IMG/VR virus record: IMGVR_UViG_3300021964_000013
Length of the DNA stretch: 64,000 nt
Reading direction: 5' to 3' (one strand)
DNA from: a virus
Part shown: positions 50,960 to 60,762 of the stretch, one piece after another
How the letters are laid out: every line of letters starts with the position of its first letter
Position numbering within the stretch: the stretch's first letter is position 1
Translations under genes and position numbers: made by a program
Notes under the pieces: model-generated
Told to the model about the DNA's origin: nothing
Database searches by the model: none
Seen by the model: the letters and a program-made list of their open reading frames with translations, nothing else

Positions 50960-51406
50960 ATGTCTACAAAATTAACGATCGATCAAATTTTGCAGCTTGA
51001 TGCTGAAATTAACGGGTTCACCAACCCTCAAACAGGTGACGTAGTCTATGAAGGTTTCGTTAAACAACCACTATCAATTCTACTCAAGTATGAATTAACT
51101 GAATTATCTAACACCCTAAAAGAGGAAAGAGAAAAGGTTGATTCATTAAGAAATGAGTTAATTGAAAAGTATGGTGAAAGTAACGAAGATGGTAGTATTC
51201 AAATCAGTCCGACCATTGAAGAGAAAAAGGGTAAGAAAACTGAAACAGTAAGAAACCCTAAGTATGTGGAGTTCGTTGAAGAATACAACAAGTTACTTCA
51301 AAAAGAAATCGAGGTCTCTCACCCTGAGATTACTAAAGAAGACCTTAAAGATGCGGGTAAAACCAAAGATCAATACAATATATTATTTAAATTGGTTACA
51401 GGTTAA
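50960..51406 (+). CDS. Hypothetical phage protein
   Basis: Charged helical ORF with its own promoter; LRNELIEKYG motif. Confidence 0.7.
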   Translation: MSTKLTIDQILQLDAEINGFTNPQTGDVVYEGFVKQPLSILLKYELTELSNTLKEEREKVDSLRNELIEKYGESNEDGSIQISPTIEEKKGKKTETVRNPKYVEFVEEYNKLLQKEIEVSHPEITKEDLKDAGKTKDQYNILFKLVTG

Positions 51407-52500
51407 ACCTTATTTCTGATTTCAATCAACAAATTTCCGATTTGATATTCCCCTACTTCGTAGTGTGGGATTGATAATCGGATTTTGTTTATAGTATACA
51501 TATCCTCATCGGTCATGGGGTATGTTTCGTACACCATTACATCAACCATTTCAGGTAAAACAAATTTAGATCTTATATCATAATTTGTATTCTGTTGTTC
51601 GTTTTTGATGTAGTCTTCAGGTACCTTACCAAGATTAATCTTATCGAAGTAAGGTTCGAGATTGTAAAGTTTACTATCATTTAGTGTGGTAAGACCCATG
51701 TTAAAAGTCTTATAGGTGAATATCTCATCCTCCCAATATCTAAGTTCATTGAACACGGGAATAGGTATACCCCACTTACGTATGAAATTTCTTATGTTTC
51801 TGTGTTCACTCAACCTACTTTCATCGGAGCGTAACTCCCTACTTGTTTTAGACACGAAGTGATAGACCACAGCACACTCTGTAGTTTTAAGGTTATACCC
51901 CTTTAGTTTTGCTCTAATTAGGAAGTCATCATCTTCACAAAAGAAGGGATCGAAAGTAAATCCATCGAATAACCCCACATCCATAAAGACCGACTTATAA
52001 CCTGACATGAAAAATGTACCACCATCAACTAATACATCATTATGTTTCACCCGATCAACATACTCATTAAACATTGGGTAATTGAAATCAAAAAACGATC
52101 TACCAAGATCTAACAATACCTTACCGGGTCTTTTATGTCCCTTAAAAATTGGGGGTTCAATTGTGGTGTAAGTTAAAAGAGTCTTTTCATCAATTAGACG
52201 AGATAGGTTTTCTAAAAAGTTCTGACCAATAACCATATCATTATGGATTAGAACTAATTTTTCAGTATCTACTAATTTGATGGCGGAGTTGTAATTGTCA
52301 GAAAAGGTTAGTTTATCATCGTCATGTATAAATGAAAGGTAATCATCCTCTAACGACTGTAACCATTCTAACGTACCATCAGTTGAACCACCACTACTTA
52401 TGACCATTGGTGCTTCGGGGTATATATCTCGTATTCTATTATAACAATCTTTTGTGTAGTCTAAATTATTGTAGACTGCAAGTACTAATGATATATCCAT
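51403..52500 (-). CDS. Glycosyltransferase family 2
   Basis: LAVYN, GSTDGT, HNDM, EDDD, YHFVSKT. Confidence 0.88.
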   Translation of the reverse strand: MDISLVLAVYNNLDYTKDCYNRIRDIYPEAPMVISSGGSTDGTLEWLQSLEDDYLSFIHDDDKLTFSDNYNSAIKLVDTEKLVLIHNDMVIGQNFLENLSRLIDEKTLLTYTTIEPPIFKGHKRPGKVLLDLGRSFFDFNYPMFNEYVDRVKHNDVLVDGGTFFMSGYKSVFMDVGLFDGFTFDPFFCEDDDFLIRAKLKGYNLKTTECAVVYHFVSKTSRELRSDESRLSEHRNIRNFIRKWGIPIPVFNELRYWEDEIFTYKTFNMGLTTLNDSKLYNLEPYFDKINLGKVPEDYIKNEQQNTNYDIRSKFVLPEMVDVMVYETYPMTDEDMYTINKIRLSIPHYEVGEYQIGNLLIEIRNKV

Positions 52501-52502
52501 AA

Positions 52503-53132
52503 TTATGATTGGAGGTCGTCGTATAGTTTATTTTGTCTCTCCTGTCTTTCGATGGTTTTAGGGTGGATTAGAGAGTAGATCTCATCCTCAGGTAGGTTAG
52601 TGTAGGTATTGAAGTTAACTAACCTCTCATGCACCTTACCGTACCATCTTATTCTACCTTCTTTCTTCCATATACGAGTTTGGTAATCAGGGAAGTTAAC
52701 CCAACCTTTTTTATTGGTCCTCCAACCCCAATTTTCCACATGTTCTTCAGTTAGTCCATCAACAGTATTAACTCTCGGAACTAAAAACACCTCATTCTTA
52801 GGGTTGACCAATATAATCTCAGGTAAGACCCTAATTAAGTTAGGGTGTGGTATTTCATCTGCATCTATTTGGAATATGTAATCACCTCTACAGTAATCAA
52901 TTAAATTATTTTTCCATTCACCGAAATGACCCTCGAAATAACCCCTCCACATTTGGAAGTTCGGTAATTTATTATACCCGACCAACCAATCAGCAATTTC
53001 TTTGGAACCGTTCTTTTGGTCAAAAAGAACCACAATCTCATCTATCGGTCTTTTGTTCTCCAATAAGAACTTTACGAGTCTTTGGATTTCCTCAAACTCA
53101 TTACATACGGTTATTGCGTAACTAATTTTCAT
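52503..53132 (-). CDS. Glycosyltransferase family 2
   Basis: ITVCNE, QIDADE, PDYQTRI, VHE. Confidence 0.88.
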   Translation of the reverse strand: MKISYAITVCNEFEEIQRLVKFLLENKRPIDEIVVLFDQKNGSKEIADWLVGYNKLPNFQMWRGYFEGHFGEWKNNLIDYCRGDYIFQIDADEIPHPNLIRVLPEIILVNPKNEVFLVPRVNTVDGLTEEHVENWGWRTNKKGWVNFPDYQTRIWKKEGRIRWYGKVHERLVNFNTYTNLPEDEIYSLIHPKTIERQERQNKLYDDLQS

Positions 53133-53980
53133 TATAGACTTAAAATATAATCTCTTAATTTGTCTTTAGGTGACCAACCAAGTCTTTGTAGTGTGTCGTC
53201 ATTCTCTCTACGAGTTTCGAGATAATTTCCGTTTTGGTTTGGTAAGTTAATCTTTTCTAAATCACCGAATCTCTCTTTAAACATCTCAAATACTTCGTTT
53301 ATTGAATAATTCATACCCGTACCAAGTTCCCACGCTTCATTGTGAGACTCGTTACCCATACCAATCCTAACTAAACCATCTACAATATCATCTACGTGGG
53401 TAAAGTCTCTACGTTGTTCACCGTCTGAGACAATGGTGATTGGTTCACCTGTTTTGATCTGATGTCTCCAAATCCCGATTACCGCGGCCCACTTACCATC
53501 AACCAATTCGTTTGGTCCGTAGACATTGTAAAAACGAGCAATCTCGAAGTCACACGAATAAGTTTTCCTATAAAGTCTGAAAATATCTTCACCGAGTTTT
53601 TTGTATGTTGCATAAGGTGAATCTTCGGGGTTGTGCCATTGGGATGATGAACCTGCGTAAACCACTTTAACTTTATGGAATTTAGCCCACTCGGCTACGA
53701 TCTGACAACACTGAGTATTAGACCTAAATGTCTCAACGGGATTATCAAATGATGGTTGTATTCTTGATAATGCGGCCAAGTGGAAACAAAGATCAAATGA
53801 ACCGTTTAGTTCAAATATGTTTTCCACGTCTGTATAGATATAAGTACAACCCTCCACCTCATATTCTTTTAAACCTGTGGATAGGTTATCAATTGATGTG
53901 AGTGTGTGACCCTCACTAATTAATCTCTTAATTAAATTACTCCCTATAAATCCATTACCACCTGTAACTAATATTTTCAT
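53132..53980 (-). CDS. NAD-dependent sugar epimerase/dehydratase
   Basis: VTGGNGFIG, HLAA, YATYK, RFYNVYGP, RDFTHVDD. Confidence 0.92.
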   Translation of the reverse strand: MKILVTGGNGFIGSNLIKRLISEGHTLTSIDNLSTGLKEYEVEGCTYIYTDVENIFELNGSFDLCFHLAALSRIQPSFDNPVETFRSNTQCCQIVAEWAKFHKVKVVYAGSSSQWHNPEDSPYATYKKLGEDIFRLYRKTYSCDFEIARFYNVYGPNELVDGKWAAVIGIWRHQIKTGEPITIVSDGEQRRDFTHVDDIVDGLVRIGMGNESHNEAWELGTGMNYSINEVFEMFKERFGDLEKINLPNQNGNYLETRRENDDTLQRLGWSPKDKLRDYILSL

Positions 53981-55245
53981 TCTTTTTCAACCTTCTTTAA
54001 TTCGGGTAAAACCAATTTTGTTTTTGTTGGTTTTATCTCCTCTTTTATCGATAAACCTTCAAAAATCATTTTTAAATCTTCTGTGGTTTTCTCAAGTGAG
54101 AAGGATTTTATATTGTCCTCTCTTAATTCTTCCGATCTCTCTAAAAAATCATCATATTCTTCTCTTACAACTTTTAAAACTTCAACAACCTCGTTGTAGT
54201 TGGCGGTGAACCATTTCGAACTTTTCATTATGAAATCATCACTTGCACTTTCATGTACTTCAGTCAACTTACCACCCAAAAGAACTGCCTTGTTCATTGG
54301 TAGGAAGTCCTTATGTCCTGACCAATTTGAGGCGATGACAGGTTTACCTGACATGGAGAATTCTAATAATGGTCTACCAAAACCTTCACCCTTTGTTAAT
54401 GTTACCATTGTCTTTACCTTAGGGTGATTATACAGATCATTCATTTCCTTATCCGTTAATTGACCGAAAAGTAGGTATATGGATGGTGGGTTAGAATAAG
54501 ACTGTGTAATCTGTTGAATTTTTTTTCTGAAGTATTCCCTTTGTTTTATCGAGAAAGTAGCTCCTGAGGTCTTTAAAATCAATGCAGGACGATCCTCACC
54601 CTCTTTAAAAGACTCACAGAAACATTTAATCAACATACCAACGTCTTTTCTGTCCTGACCGATATCACCTTTTAACCAATGACCAACAAAAAGGAATGTA
54701 AAATCCTCTTCAATATTTAACTCAAGATCCGATTCCGTTTTATAGTAGGTAGATAGATCAACACCCTCATGTAAAATTTCTATGGGTGTGGTTATCCTAT
54801 GTTGTTTGATTAATTTGCCTGTTACTTTATCGGTTTCATTGTAAACGGTTTGAAGTAAAACATCACGAGAAAAAGTGGATGTTGTAATTACTTTGTCCAT
54901 TCTATTAATCCCATCTACCCACGATTTAGGTGCTGCTGTTGTCTCGATACCAGCGGTGATACCTATGTTATATTTTCCTTTTCTTTGGAATTCGTTTGGT
55001 ACGGTGACCTGAACATAAATTTCGGGTTGTTCATCTAATGAAGTAACAATACTTGATTCAATCCATTGATGGAACAAATCGTTTTCAGGTTCTAATGCAG
55101 TCATTGGAGTATTCCCCCAATTACAACTATCTATTTTAATATCGAATAAATCTAAATCGTATAATGATTTTAGGACATCCCTTGAATGTGATCCGTAACC
55201 ACTTAGTGTTTTAATCGGTCCTCTAAATAATAGTGTTCTCTTCAT
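53977..55245 (-). CDS. Glycosyltransferase family 4 (GT-B)
   Basis: SGYG, FVGHW, RK, GEGFGRPLLE, SGHKDF. Confidence 0.88.
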   Translation of the reverse strand: MKRTLLFRGPIKTLSGYGSHSRDVLKSLYDLDLFDIKIDSCNWGNTPMTALEPENDLFHQWIESSIVTSLDEQPEIYVQVTVPNEFQRKGKYNIGITAGIETTAAPKSWVDGINRMDKVITTSTFSRDVLLQTVYNETDKVTGKLIKQHRITTPIEILHEGVDLSTYYKTESDLELNIEEDFTFLFVGHWLKGDIGQDRKDVGMLIKCFCESFKEGEDRPALILKTSGATFSIKQREYFRKKIQQITQSYSNPPSIYLLFGQLTDKEMNDLYNHPKVKTMVTLTKGEGFGRPLLEFSMSGKPVIASNWSGHKDFLPMNKAVLLGGKLTEVHESASDDFIMKSSKWFTANYNEVVEVLKVVREEYDDFLERSEELREDNIKSFSLEKTTEDLKMIFEGLSIKEEIKPTKTKLVLPELKKVEKE

Positions 55246-56624
55246 TATGTTATTTTATATAAATCAAAATTATTTTTAGGTTCCCACTTATTAAGTGCGG
55301 TTTCAATACCTTTAACCATAGACTCACACATAACTTCACTTGAGAAGTTTTTAATCATGTATTCCCTACCTGAAAGTCCTATTTGTTTTCTTTTATCTCT
55401 ACCCATCTTATGCATTTTTCTAAGTTGGGAAACCACATCATAGTGGTTGATACGATCATCAAAAATATAAGGGGTTGAAGGAGAACCATTTAATGTTATA
55501 GATTTTGGCCAAACAGGTAGAACCCAACTACCCCATGTTAAATTTTTAGGTAGTTTTTGTTCATCATGAAGTGATCCTATTTTAATGTAATCTTTTTCTT
55601 TGATCAATTTTCCGTTCGTCTTAAAACCACATTGATCTTGTAGACCACCGGTAACATTTAAAATTATTGGTGTCCCTGACATGACCGACTCGGCGGTTGT
55701 CAAACCGAAACCTTCGTTGTTTGCAATGTTAATTGTACAATCAACCATATTATAGATTCTATTTAACTTCTCTTGATCGAATTTGTCATTTGTAAATTTC
55801 ACATCATAGTCAGGACATAGTTCATTCACCACTGCAACTAAGTCAGTACCATTCTTATCTACTGACGCAGTGTGCATCAACAACAAACATTTATCTGACT
55901 TATCCTTAGATAATGTGTCACAGAACATTTTATAGGAGTATATAACATCCGCCGGTTGTTTCCTCTTAATGTTTCTGTTGTTATAGAAAAGTATGAAGTC
56001 ATATTCTTTATCGCCGTGGATATACTTCCTCATTTCCTCATCCTCACCTTCAAGAGGTTTGAAGACGTTTTTGTTGATGCCATGAGGGACATAAGATATC
56101 TGCCAATCCTTTAGTTGATTATGTGTAGTTTCCCTATTGGTCTTACCAACCCTATGTACGATACCGTAGGTTTGTTTAGATATACAACCTAACCAATCAC
56201 AAGATTCATAATAATCTCTATTATAATAAGGGTCAGGTAAATCATCCCATATGTGGTAATAGAATATAGGTACTCTCTGTCTTATCTCATGTTCATTATC
56301 ATACAACCACTGCCAGTAGTGTGGGTCAGTAAAATGTAATATCGCATCAGGTTTCTCACTATCAATAAGTTCTCTTAACCTTACTATATTCCCATAACCG
56401 TTACTCGGGTATATTTTAACATTGGCGTCTTTAATACCTGTCTTCTCCCTAACATCAGCGTTAAGGTCAACTACCTTTCCATACTCAGGGTGTTTTATTG
56501 CGGCACCTAATTGGACCCAATCAAATTTGTCAACTGTTCCAATTACAATTTCACGAGACATCGTTGCCACTCCCGATGTCATTCTCATATCATCAGATAG
56601 TAGTAATATCTTCTTCTTCATCAA
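55245..56624 (-). CDS. Glycosyltransferase family 4 (GT-B)
   Basis: VPHG, NRNIKRK, NEGFGLTTAE, TGGLQDQ. Confidence 0.88.
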   Translation of the reverse strand: MMKKKILLLSDDMRMTSGVATMSREIVIGTVDKFDWVQLGAAIKHPEYGKVVDLNADVREKTGIKDANVKIYPSNGYGNIVRLRELIDSEKPDAILHFTDPHYWQWLYDNEHEIRQRVPIFYYHIWDDLPDPYYNRDYYESCDWLGCISKQTYGIVHRVGKTNRETTHNQLKDWQISYVPHGINKNVFKPLEGEDEEMRKYIHGDKEYDFILFYNNRNIKRKQPADVIYSYKMFCDTLSKDKSDKCLLLMHTASVDKNGTDLVAVVNELCPDYDVKFTNDKFDQEKLNRIYNMVDCTINIANNEGFGLTTAESVMSGTPIILNVTGGLQDQCGFKTNGKLIKEKDYIKIGSLHDEQKLPKNLTWGSWVLPVWPKSITLNGSPSTPYIFDDRINHYDVVSQLRKMHKMGRDKRKQIGLSGREYMIKNFSSEVMCESMVKGIETALNKWEPKNNFDLYKIT

Positions 56625-56828
56625 TTAAAATCTTGATCCACTCACAGCCAAAACGTCGTGATTATCAATCATATCTTTGAAATCTTCGTTGGTGTTGTAT
56701 AGGTCCAACGACCTGTTTACTAATTTTTGGAAATTTACACCATCCGTCTCGATGGTATTGATTCTAAATTGTTTGTACGTATTCTCAATCACATTGACTG
56801 TGGTGAGTTTTGTTTTTGCTTTACTCAT
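56625..56828 (-). CDS. Small hypothetical protein, possibly ribbon-helix-helix-like
   Basis: LTTVNV strand followed by two helices (FQKLVNRSLDLY); leads the GT operon. Confidence 0.6.
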   Translation of the reverse strand: MSKAKTKLTTVNVIENTYKQFRINTIETDGVNFQKLVNRSLDLYNTNEDFKDMIDNHDVLAVSGSRF

Positions 56829-56863
56829 ATTAGTATATATTTCTATATATATCTTATGATACT

Positions 56864-56893
56864 AAAAATAGCCACTCAATATAAATTGGTGGC
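56864..56893 (-). terminator. Putative intrinsic terminator after the MGCGC peptide gene
   Basis: Minus strand GCCACCAAT-TTAT-ATTGAGTGGC followed by TATTTTT. Confidence 0.55.
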
Positions 56894-56923
56894 CATTCAT
56901 AGAGTCAATTCGTGATTCTCGAA

Positions 56924-57049
56924 TTACGAATTCTTAACTTCTTGTACCGTAGCCACGATTGGTTGTGTACTATCCTGTTGGTTAGTGGTCGTGGTTTGTT
57001 GGTTAGTGGTTTGTTGAGTCTGATTTTTCTTTTTGCATCCGCATCCCAT
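56924..57049 (-). CDS. 41-aa peptide MGCGCKKKNQTQQTTNQQTTTTNQQDSTQPIVATVQEVKNS
   Basis: Not in the ORF track; ATG at 57049, TAA at 56924-56926; followed by hairpins. Confidence 0.65.
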   Translation of the reverse strand: MGCGCKKKNQTQQTTNQQTTTTNQQDSTQPIVATVQEVKNS

Positions 57050-57074
57050 AATAAAAGTGTTTTAATTATAATTA

Positions 57075-57106
57075 TTTGGTTTATCAAAAAAAATATTTTA
57101 TCTTTG
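57075..57106 (+). promoter_or_regulatory. Bacteroidota-type sigma promoter TTTG-N20-TATCTTTG
   Basis: Exact match to the -33 TTTG / -7 TAnnTTTG consensus. Confidence 0.7.
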
Positions 57107-57144
57107 TTAAAGTATAACGAATTTTATTCTTAAAATCAATAGTT

Positions 57145-57522
57145 ATGAGCGAAAAACTCTATGTAAGAAAAGTTGAGAGGTATACTCAATGGGAGGCGTC
57201 CACTCCTGTGGTAGTAGATGTCGAGAAACTTAGAAAGTGTGAACCACCTTATGAAGGTAATTCACCTGAAGAACTTTTGGAATACCTCCAAGAGAACGTA
57301 TATAACAATTACGATTGGTACGAAAACGACACCAATAAAGAAGTGTACGGTGAAGATGATGCATTTAACTTATCGTTGGAAGAGTCCGATTCAGAAGTTT
57401 ACTCAGATAGTCGAGAAAAGTTTGAGGATTCGTGGCTTGAAGTGGGTGTACCTAATGAAGAGTACAGAAAAGTTGGTAGATTTGAATCTAAGGCAGATAA
57501 CATGCCACGTAATGATTGGTAA
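57145..57522 (+). CDS. Acidic hypothetical protein
   Basis: ORF directly downstream of the promoter; D/E-rich. Confidence 0.7.
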   Translation: MSEKLYVRKVERYTQWEASTPVVVDVEKLRKCEPPYEGNSPEELLEYLQENVYNNYDWYENDTNKEVYGEDDAFNLSLEESDSEVYSDSREKFEDSWLEVGVPNEEYRKVGRFESKADNMPRNDW

Positions 57523-57527
57523 TTAAG

Positions 57528-57710
57528 ATGGCAAAAGTAGTAAAAATAGAAACCGATTATCGTTTCTACGAAGCGGAACTAACCGATGAACAATTAAAAC
57601 TCTACAAAGAAGACGAAGATAAGTTTTGGGACGAGTTTTGGGATTGGGATGTTGAATTCGAGTTTACTCGAGATAAAGAAGGTGGAACCGACTTTCAAAT
57701 ACAAGAATAA
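57528..57710 (+). CDS. Small acidic hypothetical protein
   Basis: ATG 57528 (MAKVVKIE); abuts the next gene. Confidence 0.65.
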   Translation: MAKVVKIETDYRFYEAELTDEQLKLYKEDEDKFWDEFWDWDVEFEFTRDKEGGTDFQIQE

Positions 57711-58274
57711 ATGGCAAATTATTTAAAATGTGTGGTTGAAGTTCACGGTAACGAGGAAACCATTAAGAAACTTGACGAAATGTTATCAACTGTTAAAAAC
57801 GGTGATGTAACATCTTTCGCACAAACATTCTACGATCAAGTAGATGTTACAGAAAATGACGGTGTTTTAAACACATGGTCAATAGATAATTTAGGTCCTA
57901 AGTGGACGTACTTAGAAGATATCATAGGTGATGGTAATTTCATTACTATTTCGGCGTGGTATCCACCGACTAAGTTCTTTACACATTTGTATAAGATGTT
58001 GTCTGAAACTGACCCCGACTTATTTATCGAGGTTGAGTATGAGGATGAATCGTATGATCCAATCGGTGCACTTGTGATTAAAAAAGACAGGGACGGTACA
58101 CCATGTATGTGGCAAGAAGAAGATGAAATGGAGGACCCAACCGCCGAAATGGATTGGGATGATGAGGACTATGATGAGACTCAAGAGAACTTCATGGAAT
58201 CCATCTATGAACGACAACAGGAGTTGAAGAGAGAGTGTCACGACCTCATCGAGACCGACGGTGAACCAATTTAA
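57711..58274 (+). CDS. YubB/DUF1281-like ferredoxin-fold phage protein
   Basis: WSIDNLGPKW and SAWYPP motifs. Confidence 0.6.
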   Translation: MANYLKCVVEVHGNEETIKKLDEMLSTVKNGDVTSFAQTFYDQVDVTENDGVLNTWSIDNLGPKWTYLEDIIGDGNFITISAWYPPTKFFTHLYKMLSETDPDLFIEVEYEDESYDPIGALVIKKDRDGTPCMWQEEDEMEDPTAEMDWDDEDYDETQENFMESIYERQQELKRECHDLIETDGEPI

Positions 58275-58278
58275 TTAG

Positions 58279-58305
58279 AAACCCTCACGAAAGTGGGGGT
58301 TTTTT
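58279..58305 (+). terminator. Intrinsic terminator with GAAA tetraloop
   Basis: AAACCCTCAC-GAAA-GTGGGGGTTT followed by a T-tract. Confidence 0.85.
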
Positions 58306-58338
58306 AATTACTAAGATATTTATTAGTAAAAAGATATT

Positions 58339-58881
58339 ATGGCATCGATTAAGTACACATTATACTTTGATGGTTGTGACACAACAGTGATCGACAGATT
58401 TAAAAGTATATTTGATTATGTTGAGGGTGATAATTCGTTTAAGGGATATTACCAAATAATTAATGATTTGTTTGGTACTACCCATTCAGAAGAGAATCAT
58501 CCCGATCAAGAATGGATAAACAATAATGTTGGTGTATCAACACTTAACGGTAAAATTGAATTTATCGATATCGACAGTGATACTGTATGTTTAACAATCG
58601 TTTCACCTAACGAATGTATACCATTTATACAATCCTTAATTCAAGACATCAACTTAAATTATAAAGATGATGTAAGAGTTAGTGGTGATTACGAATCATT
58701 TACTTTTGAAACATGTGGTGTTATAGTTGGTGGGGATAACCGAGAGGTTGTAAAACACGTATTTGATATGACAAATTACGATGTTTCGGAAATGGTTGAG
58801 AATTCACAGGCACTCATCAATTGGGGATCCGACCTACTCGATTTTAGATCTCTAAAATATTCAGAGTTTTTAGCCTCTTAA
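58339..58881 (+). CDS. Divergent paralog of 57711..58274
   Basis: WINNNVG vs WSIDNLG; YESFTFETCG vs YEDESYDPIG. Confidence 0.55.
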   Translation: MASIKYTLYFDGCDTTVIDRFKSIFDYVEGDNSFKGYYQIINDLFGTTHSEENHPDQEWINNNVGVSTLNGKIEFIDIDSDTVCLTIVSPNECIPFIQSLIQDINLNYKDDVRVSGDYESFTFETCGVIVGGDNREVVKHVFDMTNYDVSEMVENSQALINWGSDLLDFRSLKYSEFLAS

Positions 58882-58942
58882 ATTTTATTGGACTTTAAGA
58901 TTTTTTTTTCTTATATTTTAGTAAGTGTCACATCACTACTGA

Positions 58943-59605
58943 ATGATGGAAAAAGAATTTGAAATAGTAAGAACAGTCTACAACTCTAACGAAGAGGTTA
59001 TAACTAATATAATGAACCTCTATGGTATAGAACGATTTGATTTAGATTGTACCTATTCTAAAGGTAAGTTTTGGAAGGGATTGCCCGACCCAACACATAA
59101 GACAGATCTCATTCCACATTTTGACAATGTAAAACAAGCGGATTCCGAAGATCTTCCGTTTGAGGATTCGTCGTTAAATTCTATTATGTACGATCCTCCA
59201 TTTATTATTATGGGTAGAGGTAAAAAATACAAACACGATCTTAATGAGAATAACTCTAAGATGGCCAAGAGATTTGAGGGATATGGTACATATAACGACC
59301 TAACGTCTAATTACTATAACACCCTTAAAGAATTATATCGTATTTGTGATAAAGGTGGTTTTGTTGTCATGAAATGTCAAGACACCGTATCGGGAGGAAA
59401 ACAATACTTTTCACACGTTCATGTTATGAATATGGCATTAAATGTGGGATTCTACCCGAAAGATTTATTCGTATTAACATCTAATGTTAGGATGAATTCA
59501 TTCAATGGAACCAAGTGGAAAAAACAACACCACGCAAGAAAATACCATTCTTACTTTTGGGTCTTCCAAAAAGTTAAACCGAAATTTAATTACGAATTTG
59601 AATAG
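58943..59605 (+). CDS. Putative DNA amino-methyltransferase (N6-adenine type)
   Basis: DCTYSKGKFW SAM motif, YDPPF motif IV, KCQD. Confidence 0.75.
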   Translation: MMEKEFEIVRTVYNSNEEVITNIMNLYGIERFDLDCTYSKGKFWKGLPDPTHKTDLIPHFDNVKQADSEDLPFEDSSLNSIMYDPPFIIMGRGKKYKHDLNENNSKMAKRFEGYGTYNDLTSNYYNTLKELYRICDKGGFVVMKCQDTVSGGKQYFSHVHVMNMALNVGFYPKDLFVLTSNVRMNSFNGTKWKKQHHARKYHSYFWVFQKVKPKFNYEFE

Positions 59606-59934
59606 TAGGGATTGATCTTATCTCCAACTTTGAAATTCTCACATGTACCTGAGGGAAATTCAATAACATGATCCCCAATACCTGAATACCTTTCAGGACA
59701 ATCAATGTCACATGGTTGGCAATCGTGATGAATTCTACTAATCCTATTGTTGTTGACAAACATAATGTCAAGAGGTATTAAACACCTTCTCATCCAAAAA
59801 CGATGGTGACCTTTACCCATGTTAAAGACCATACAACCATTTAGTTCTTTACGACCCATCATACCCTGTTTTATTTGTTCAGGTGTTGTCATGTATTCTG
59901 CGTCAAATACTTGACCATTTACTAATACTCCCAT
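59590..59934 (-). CDS. DUF192 family protein
   Basis: GMMGR, FWM...IPLDIMF, VIEFP.G. Confidence 0.85.
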   Translation of the reverse strand: MGVLVNGQVFDAEYMTTPEQIKQGMMGRKELNGCMVFNMGKGHHRFWMRRCLIPLDIMFVNNNRISRIHHDCQPCDIDCPERYSGIGDHVIEFPSGTCENFKVGDKINPYYSNS

Positions 59935-59946
59935 ACCAATAATTAT

Positions 59947-59975
59947 TTGACAATGATAATTAATTTCCGTATATT
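59947..59975 (+). promoter_or_regulatory. Promoter TTGACA-N17-TATATT
   Basis: Near-consensus; directly upstream of 59984. Confidence 0.7.
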
Positions 59976-59983
59976 AAGTAGTA

Positions 59984-60331
59984 ATGAAAATAAATGATCT
60001 TTTGATTGGTATGGGGTTATTCGCGGTAGCACATACCTTAACGTTTTATCAACTTAATGGGCAGTTCATATCTAAGTGGTTTCAGAAGTATGAATGGTTT
60101 GTCATTGGGTTCGGTGCGATATTATCTATATTTTATGTATGGGGTACGAGGTATGCGGTTTCAGGTACGGGGGGTTTATTATGGCCCGCGAGGTTTATTG
60201 GTTTTGGTATTGGGATGCTACTTTATGCGGTGTTAGTTAATTATCATTTTAGTGAGGGTATTAATATGAAAACCATGATAAGTCTCCTTTTATGTTTAAC
60301 CCTAATTTGTATTCAGGTTTTTTGGAAATGA
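59984..60331 (+). CDS. Small 4-TM membrane protein (DMT/SMR-like)
   Basis: Four hydrophobic segments in 115 aa. Confidence 0.6.
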   Translation: MKINDLLIGMGLFAVAHTLTFYQLNGQFISKWFQKYEWFVIGFGAILSIFYVWGTRYAVSGTGGLLWPARFIGFGIGMLLYAVLVNYHFSEGINMKTMISLLLCLTLICIQVFWK

Positions 60332-60762
60332 GAAAGTGGGTGGTTGACATAACGAACTTTGAGTATACAAAATACAAAGACGTACACCAAGTATTAAACC
60401 CAAATTATGCAGATCTAAGGAGGGAGATCATGTCCTTTAATGATGAAATTAAATGGGATGGTATGTGGACTCACTACGATGCCATTGAGAGACTCTCCAA
60501 GGGTTGGGTTCTAATCGGATTATTTGTTAACTATCAGATCAAAGGTTGGGTTTGGTTGGACACCAATAAAAATTTATTATGTAATCTATACGTAAATAAA
60601 TCATATAGGAATTTTTATAATGCAAAGAAACTCGTATTAACTCTAATGAGGGTTGCTCACGAAATGGGGTTCACTGAACTCCATACGGAAATTGATACGT
60701 GGAATGGTAGAAGTGAATTAATAGCAATAAAAACAGGTTGGAAATTACAGAATGAACATTAA
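60328..60762 (+). CDS. GNAT-family acetyltransferase
   Basis: LYVNKSYRN, WN..S.....KTGW; start set to ATG 60328. Confidence 0.7.
   Translation: MRKWVVDITNFEYTKYKDVHQVLNPNYADLRREIMSFNDEIKWDGMWTHYDAIERLSKGWVLIGLFVNYQIKGWVWLDTNKNLLCNLYVNKSYRNFYNAKKLVLTLMRVAHEMGFTELHTEIDTWNGRSELIAIKTGWKLQNEH

Noticed and set aside
56924..57049. MGC as a eukaryotic myristoylation/palmitoylation signal implying a giant eukaryotic virus
   Set aside because: Bacterial promoters, coupled operons, an outer-membrane barrel and a tail fibre indicate a bacteriophage
59952..59970. Fur box (AATGATAATTAATT)
   Set aside because: Only a half-site match in AT-rich DNA, and the downstream genes are not iron-related
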